Shown here piece after piece: positions 59,103 to 64,000 of a DNA stretch of 64,000 nt (position 1 is the first letter of the stretch; every line of letters starts with the position of its first letter). The stretch covers positions 9,757 through 73,756 of the forward strand of contig JAUCBJ010007886.1 in the NCBI GenBank assembly GCA_032718475.1, read 5' to 3'. The notes beneath the pieces were generated by a model. The model was not told the DNA's origin, made no database searches, and was given only the letters and a program-made list of their open reading frames with translations. The stretch is from Nemertoderma westbladi. Taxonomy: Eukaryota; Animalia; Xenacoelomorpha. A program made the position numbers and the translations under genes.

Positions 59103-59164
59103 TTTACCGGTCGACCGGTACTTTCAACTTTATTGCTTACTGCAATAAAGACAATAACTGTTAT

Positions 59165-60361
59165 TGTATGCGCTTTTGAAGACCTTTAGCAGTTTAACCT
59201 GCCAAAATTTATATGTCTTTTGGTTTATAAATAGACTTTAGCATATGACAAGTATTTAATACTAATAAACACAACATTAGCCGAAGCCAGCCTAGTGCGC
59301 GTCCATTCACCCGCTGGATATACCCGGGAGACTGGATTCGGAGGGCTTAGATTTTATATTGCAGTGTAAGCTTACTGTATTATTCGATTGATCGTTAATA
59401 AATAATTTCTGACAAATATTATTCACTTTTGGGAAATATTAACAGTTCCTTTAGGACGTGGCGCTCTATCTAGGTAAACAGAGATATGACTTATACTAAA
59501 CACAACGGTAAGTCGGTAAGGCTTATGATTCACGTATGAGGCGCATTCTTTAGGAAATGCTTAGTTATCAGCCACAATCACGCACACTACCGGTAACGCA
59601 CAATACTGCACAATAATCTGCCGACCGTCAATGAATTTTATCATACATAAAGAGAACAGCAATTGACTCATGTAGTGCCTATCAAATAGCATTAAATCCA
59701 CTACAAACCACGATAATATAAGTCGCAATCGCTATATGTAACCTGTCTCTCTAATCTGTAGTGTATCAAGAAAATTGGGAAATTTGGGTTATTTATCGAT
59801 GTTCTCCAAATAATAATATTCAACCAACTGATACAAATAATGACAACAGTAAATAGCAGTATAATAATGTATGTTGAACCGGGTTGTACCACTGAGTTGT
59901 GTTGTGTTGATAACAGTTATACGTTCTATAATCTAAGCCTACTAATGTTTCTTCTAAAGTCTGAAACCAATTGACTCTAGAGCCGGTGTTCTTGGCCTAG
60001 ATAGAAACAACAAAACTATAACACAGAAAACAGTAAGACAGTAAACTATAAGACTGAACACTCCTAGCACGATCTGTAGAATATCTCCACATCGACAGTA
60101 AAAATCGCCCTGATTGGCTGTTAAGCTAAACAAAGAACCATGTGTCCAACGGCCGTTTCCATGCCAGCAACCAGCTGTTAGATGTCGTAATCTGAATCAT
60201 CAAGGCTACACTGTGCTAGAGGATTTGACGCATTGCGGGTTTTATGCCTTGCCATGTCCGCCAAAGCACACATATAGAAGAATGACTTTTATGTCCGTTA
60301 AAACACCTATAACGGTACTTTGCGGGCAAGGGGACTGATTATATCCGCAAAAGCTTTTACA
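59165..60361 (-). repeat. 5' LTR of inner BEL element
   Basis: 1197 bp, near-identical to 44426-45622. Confidence 0.95.
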
Positions 60362-62757
60362 ACTACCATCCGTAGTTTACCTTTCTTTGGGTCTAAAGCC
60401 ACGTGTAGTGGCAGGTAATATGTCCTGTCCATGTTCGGCTCGTCGACCGGTAACTCCACGGCCCATCCTTTCTTGACGTACTTCTTAATCGTTCTGTGGA
60501 TGTACTCATTCTTCTCGGGGCTCCGTTTTAGTGTTTGTTTCAGCTTGCGGAGTCTCGTGACTACCATCCCTCTATTGTCGGGCAGCGGTATCTTCGGTAG
60601 TTTCCATACCATTCCTATAGTATACCGCCCCTCATTGCATGTCATCGATTCCTCCACGCTTTGTAAAGCCTGCTTGTCTTCTACCGAGGTCCCGACCCCG
60701 GTTTCTTTCAGTCCCTCGAAATCCTGTCTGAGCAGTCTTCTAAGCTGCTCCTCTGCTCCCTCGTCACCCATTTCCTGCATTGTTCCCGCGAACATGCATC
60801 CTGATGTCTCCGACATCCTAAATGGTATCTTACTCTTGATTGGACCACTCAGCGTCCACCCGAATGGTGTTAATATCGCCACCGGGTCACACTGCTTGTC
60901 TTCGCCGAAGACCGTTTGCATTCTTTCGTGGGCCGTTGGGCAGTCCATCCCTACTATGATGGATACCTTCCTAACGTCCACGTCTGGGATTGAGAAGTCA
61001 ATGTCGTCCAGGAATTTATACTGCTCGACCTCGATGTTGGTTGGCCGCCTGGCATTGATATTAATTGACTCTATCACTTGGATGGGGTCGATGGTTGCCC
61101 CATAGTCGCATCCTGGTGCCACTGCTGCAATTGCGCACCGTCCTGTTCTCATCTCCAGGATCTCATCTTTGCTAGAGATGGTTGTTACCGCCATTCTGCT
61201 TGGCCTCGTTCTCAATCCTATCTCTTCGGCCACCCATTCCTCGACTAATGTGAAGGCAGCTCCACTATCAACCAGCATTAGTGTTGTTACTGATCGATTG
61301 CCTTCCCCAATCACTCGCACGGGTACTACTCCAAGTAACACCGTTCCTCTCTTCTTCGCCCCTACTGTGCTCGTCGCCATCGTTTGGCCTCTCCTCTGAC
61401 CAAATTTTATCGGCTTCTCCTTGCACTCCCTTGCTCTATGTCCACTCATTACACATCGCGAGCAGATTTTATTGCTCGACGCATAATCTATCTGATCTTG
61501 CCTAGGTAGCGCCTGCCAGTACCTGCAGTTCATGGTTTGATGAAGCGCATTTGCGTGTAGCTGGCATTTGCTCTTTGGGTCGTAGCCCTCTTTATACAGC
61601 GCATTGCGTATCGCAGTTGCGTTCGTACCAAAGTCCCTACTATTCTTATTGTTTGGATTCGGCCTAGTGGACGTACTGGGGTTATGTTTGTTCGTGTTGT
61701 TATTGTTTCCCTGTCCGTTCCATGGTGTTGTCTTATCTTCGGCTAGCTGTGGACTTGCAGTCCCCTGCGTCGCTGCATATGGCAATGATTGCCTGAGTCT
61801 CGGTAATGCGTTTGATGTATTGTGCTCTGGTTTCGGTCTATGGTAATCCGTCTTCGGTCCCTTTCCCAGGCTATCTTCGCTATAGACTGGGTCAGTTATT
61901 AGCTCAGCCTCGTAGTTTAAGAAGTTTGACATTTCTTCTAAACCCGGTTCCGCACCCTTCTTGTCTCGAGTGGAGAAAGCGATCTTCCTCCACTTGTTGC
62001 GCAGCCAGTTCGGTAGTGCCTGCGCTATCGTGGTGATGTTATTGGACGCATTGAGCTCGTATGGCGCGTCTAGCGTCTTCAGCACGATTAGCGCCTTTTC
62101 GACTTTGTTAGCGAACGTCTTAATGCTAACGGGATTATCCTGTAGGCCACCCGATGTTATGCCTCTCAGCGTCTGCCTGATGATCTTGGCCGGGTGCCCG
62201 TATTCCCTATCCAGTGCCCGCCATGCTGTCGTGAAGCCGCCCTCTATTCCTTGATATTGCCTCACGATATCGTATGCTGGGCCTCCCGTGTATACTTGCA
62301 GATACTTTAGGCACTCCGCCTGCGTCAAGTTTTTTGTTAGTATTTCGTTACTATACATGCGCCGAAACTGTAGATATTCTTCCGGCCTGCTCCCATCGAA
62401 TTTGAATGGTTCCACGGGTGGTAGCTCGATCCTCGTTTTCAACGCATCGATCAACGTGGCCATCCCCATCGCCTGTGCTTCCAATGGGTTCGACGGATGT
62501 TGTGTAGTTTCTCCTGTCTGGTGCGGTTCGTCCGTCCTATTTCTTGACTTTCTCTGACTTGGGTATGTCATCGGGGGTAGCGGCCCCCTCCATATGTCTG
62601 TATCACACGACCTGTTCTCATCCAAGGGTCTCGTTGTTCTTGCTCCTATCGGGGTATATTGTTGATATTGTGATGGGGGAATGTCACCCTGTCCCCCCCC
62701 CCCCCCACCGGTATGTTTGGTACTGGGGTTGATGTTAATATGTTGGGGCCCATACAC
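60362..62757 (-). CDS. Outer BEL gag-protease-RT N-terminal part
   Basis: KFDGS..EY..F, CQLH..H..C, CSRC..GH..C, MLVDSGA, TPFGWTLSGP, YYLPLH; ends at the insertion site. Confidence 0.93.
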
Positions 62758-63632
62758 CTATCCGCAATAATTCCCCCCTCCCCTGGGTATATGTTATGTC
62801 CCTGCATGCTGTAGTCATACTGCTGTACTGGTACCGGTATAGGCCTATCAGCTTCTGGCCTACCCGCCGGTATGTATTCCGCGACTTCCGGGTTTAATCC
62901 CGTTGTCCACGCTATCCTATCGCCTACATTGCCTCTCTCAGTATGGCCTATGGTATGTGCAGTAAGGCCTACAGTATGTCCTACAGTCTGCATGTGTCGC
63001 TCGGGATCGAAGTTTATTCTTCTCGAATAATCCTCCCCGCGGCTACCGTATTCTCGATCGATAGGTGTATTCCGTCGGAAAGTTTCTCTTCGACCCCCCC
63101 CTCTACTGTTCTCGTCTTCGTACCGGTACATCGCGTACCCCTCCATCGGCGCGTAGTGCGCCTCGCCGGGTCGCATCTCTCCGGGGCGACGGCAATCTCC
63201 CGGAGTCCGACCCCACTGACTCTCCGTTCTCATCTCAACTACCGACGGCTCGCTATCCGTCCTCGCTCTTCTATCGTTCGCGGCGATACCTCTACTACTG
63301 TCTTCTCTTCTTCTCCTTTCAGTGGAGTATTCCCGCTCGTGAGATCTCTCGTCGACCTCCCGGTTAAACCCCACTGTTCTTCTTCCCTCTTCTGATCGGG
63401 CTCGACGCTTCGTCCGCCCTCTTACGACGTCAACCTGTCTCTCTCTGCTCGGTCGCACGCCGCTGGGGATACTCGCAATCCCCCTATTACTTTCCGTCGC
63501 CGGGTGTTGCGGTTTACCTATTTCGGCCCGCGCATTATCCGCTGACGGCTGTGGGACACTCTCTGCCCCCCCCCCTTTCGCCGCTAACTCGCTGTTGTGG
63601 GGCCCCTGTAGCCCCCCCCCCACTCGCCACAT
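62646..63632 (-). CDS. Probable frameshifted N-terminal low-complexity extension of outer gag
   Basis: R/E/G-rich ORF overlapping the gag start; lies among C homopolymers. Confidence 0.5.
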   Translation of the reverse strand: MWRVGGGLQGPHNSELAAKGGGAESVPQPSADNARAEIGKPQHPATESNRGIASIPSGVRPSRERQVDVVRGRTKRRARSEEGRRTVGFNREVDERSHEREYSTERRRREDSSRGIAANDRRARTDSEPSVVEMRTESQWGRTPGDCRRPGEMRPGEAHYAPMEGYAMYRYEDENSRGGGRRETFRRNTPIDREYGSRGEDYSRRINFDPERHMQTVGHTVGLTAHTIGHTERGNVGDRIAWTTGLNPEVAEYIPAGRPEADRPIPVPVQQYDYSMQGHNIYPGEGGIIADRCMGPNILTSTPVPNIPVGGGGDRVTFPHHNINNIPR

Positions 63633-63736
63633 CTAACTTCGCTATCTCTCACCCCGCTACTATATCCCTCTCTAGTCGACACATCAACCCTACCGCGGTC
63701 GGGTCTATTCACCCCCGCCTCTCCCTCTGCTATTAC

Positions 63737-64000
63737 GTGGCCTACCAGGCCCTCTGCTCCCTGCCTACCAACTATGTGGCCTACCAGGCCCTCGCTGGGT
63801 CTATTCAACCCAGCCACTCCCTGCCTACCAACTACGTGGCCTACCAGGCCCTCGCTGGGTCTACCTAACCCAGCTACTCCCTGCCTACCAACTGTGTGGC
63901 CTACCAGGCCCTCGCTGGGTCTATCCTAACCCAGCTACTTCCTGCCTACCAACTGACGTGGCCTACCAGGCCCTCGCTGGGTCTACCTAACCCAGCCACT
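63737..64000. repeat. About 60-bp tandem repeat running off the window end
   Basis: GTGGCCTACCAGGCCCTCGCTGGGTCTA..AACCCAGC.ACTCCCTGCCTACCAACT x4+. Confidence 0.9.

Larger units (their letters stand above)
44426..60361 (-). mobile_element. Inner complete BEL/Pao LTR retrotransposon, 15,936 bp, 5-bp TSD ACTAC
   Basis: Two 1197-bp LTRs; ACTAC at 44421-44425 and 60362-60366. Confidence 0.97.
36265..64000 (-). mobile_element. Outer BEL/Pao LTR retrotransposon (5' end beyond window), interrupted by a second BEL element
   Basis: 3' LTR plus PPT; gag-PR-RT-RH-IN order with BEL signatures; pol rejoined in frame across the nested insert. Confidence 0.93.

Noticed and set aside
37619-62732. Numerous plus-strand ORFs of 60-240 aa over the BEL genes
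   Set aside because: Antisense shadows of GC-richer coding sequence with no motifs

Overview
AT-rich eukaryotic (probably invertebrate metazoan) DNA made almost entirely of mobile elements. 1-12.6 kb: two RTE-like LINE fragments, a 68-bp satellite, a tRNA-like head fused to a type I hammerhead ribozyme motif, one intronless host gene (DHRS1-like short-chain dehydrogenase), and several non-autonomous DNA transposons. 12664-32119: a near-complete Polinton/Maverick (endogenous polintovirus) with 323-bp TIRs. It encodes a packaging ATPase, rve integrase, two tandem minor capsid (penton) genes (the first split by a Tc1/mariner-type insert), protease-cleaved core proteins, a major capsid protein, an adenain protease and an HNH-containing protein-primed PolB. 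Unusually, it also carries a divergent TATA-binding-protein-like gene, a possible PC4-like gene and two apparent promoter classes. 36265-64000: two nested BEL/Pao LTR retrotransposons on the minus strand; a complete 15.9-kb element sits inside the RT region of another. Both carry a homologous non-env, triple zinc-knuckle accessory ORF at their 3' end. All assignments come from motif recognition by eye; no database searches were run.
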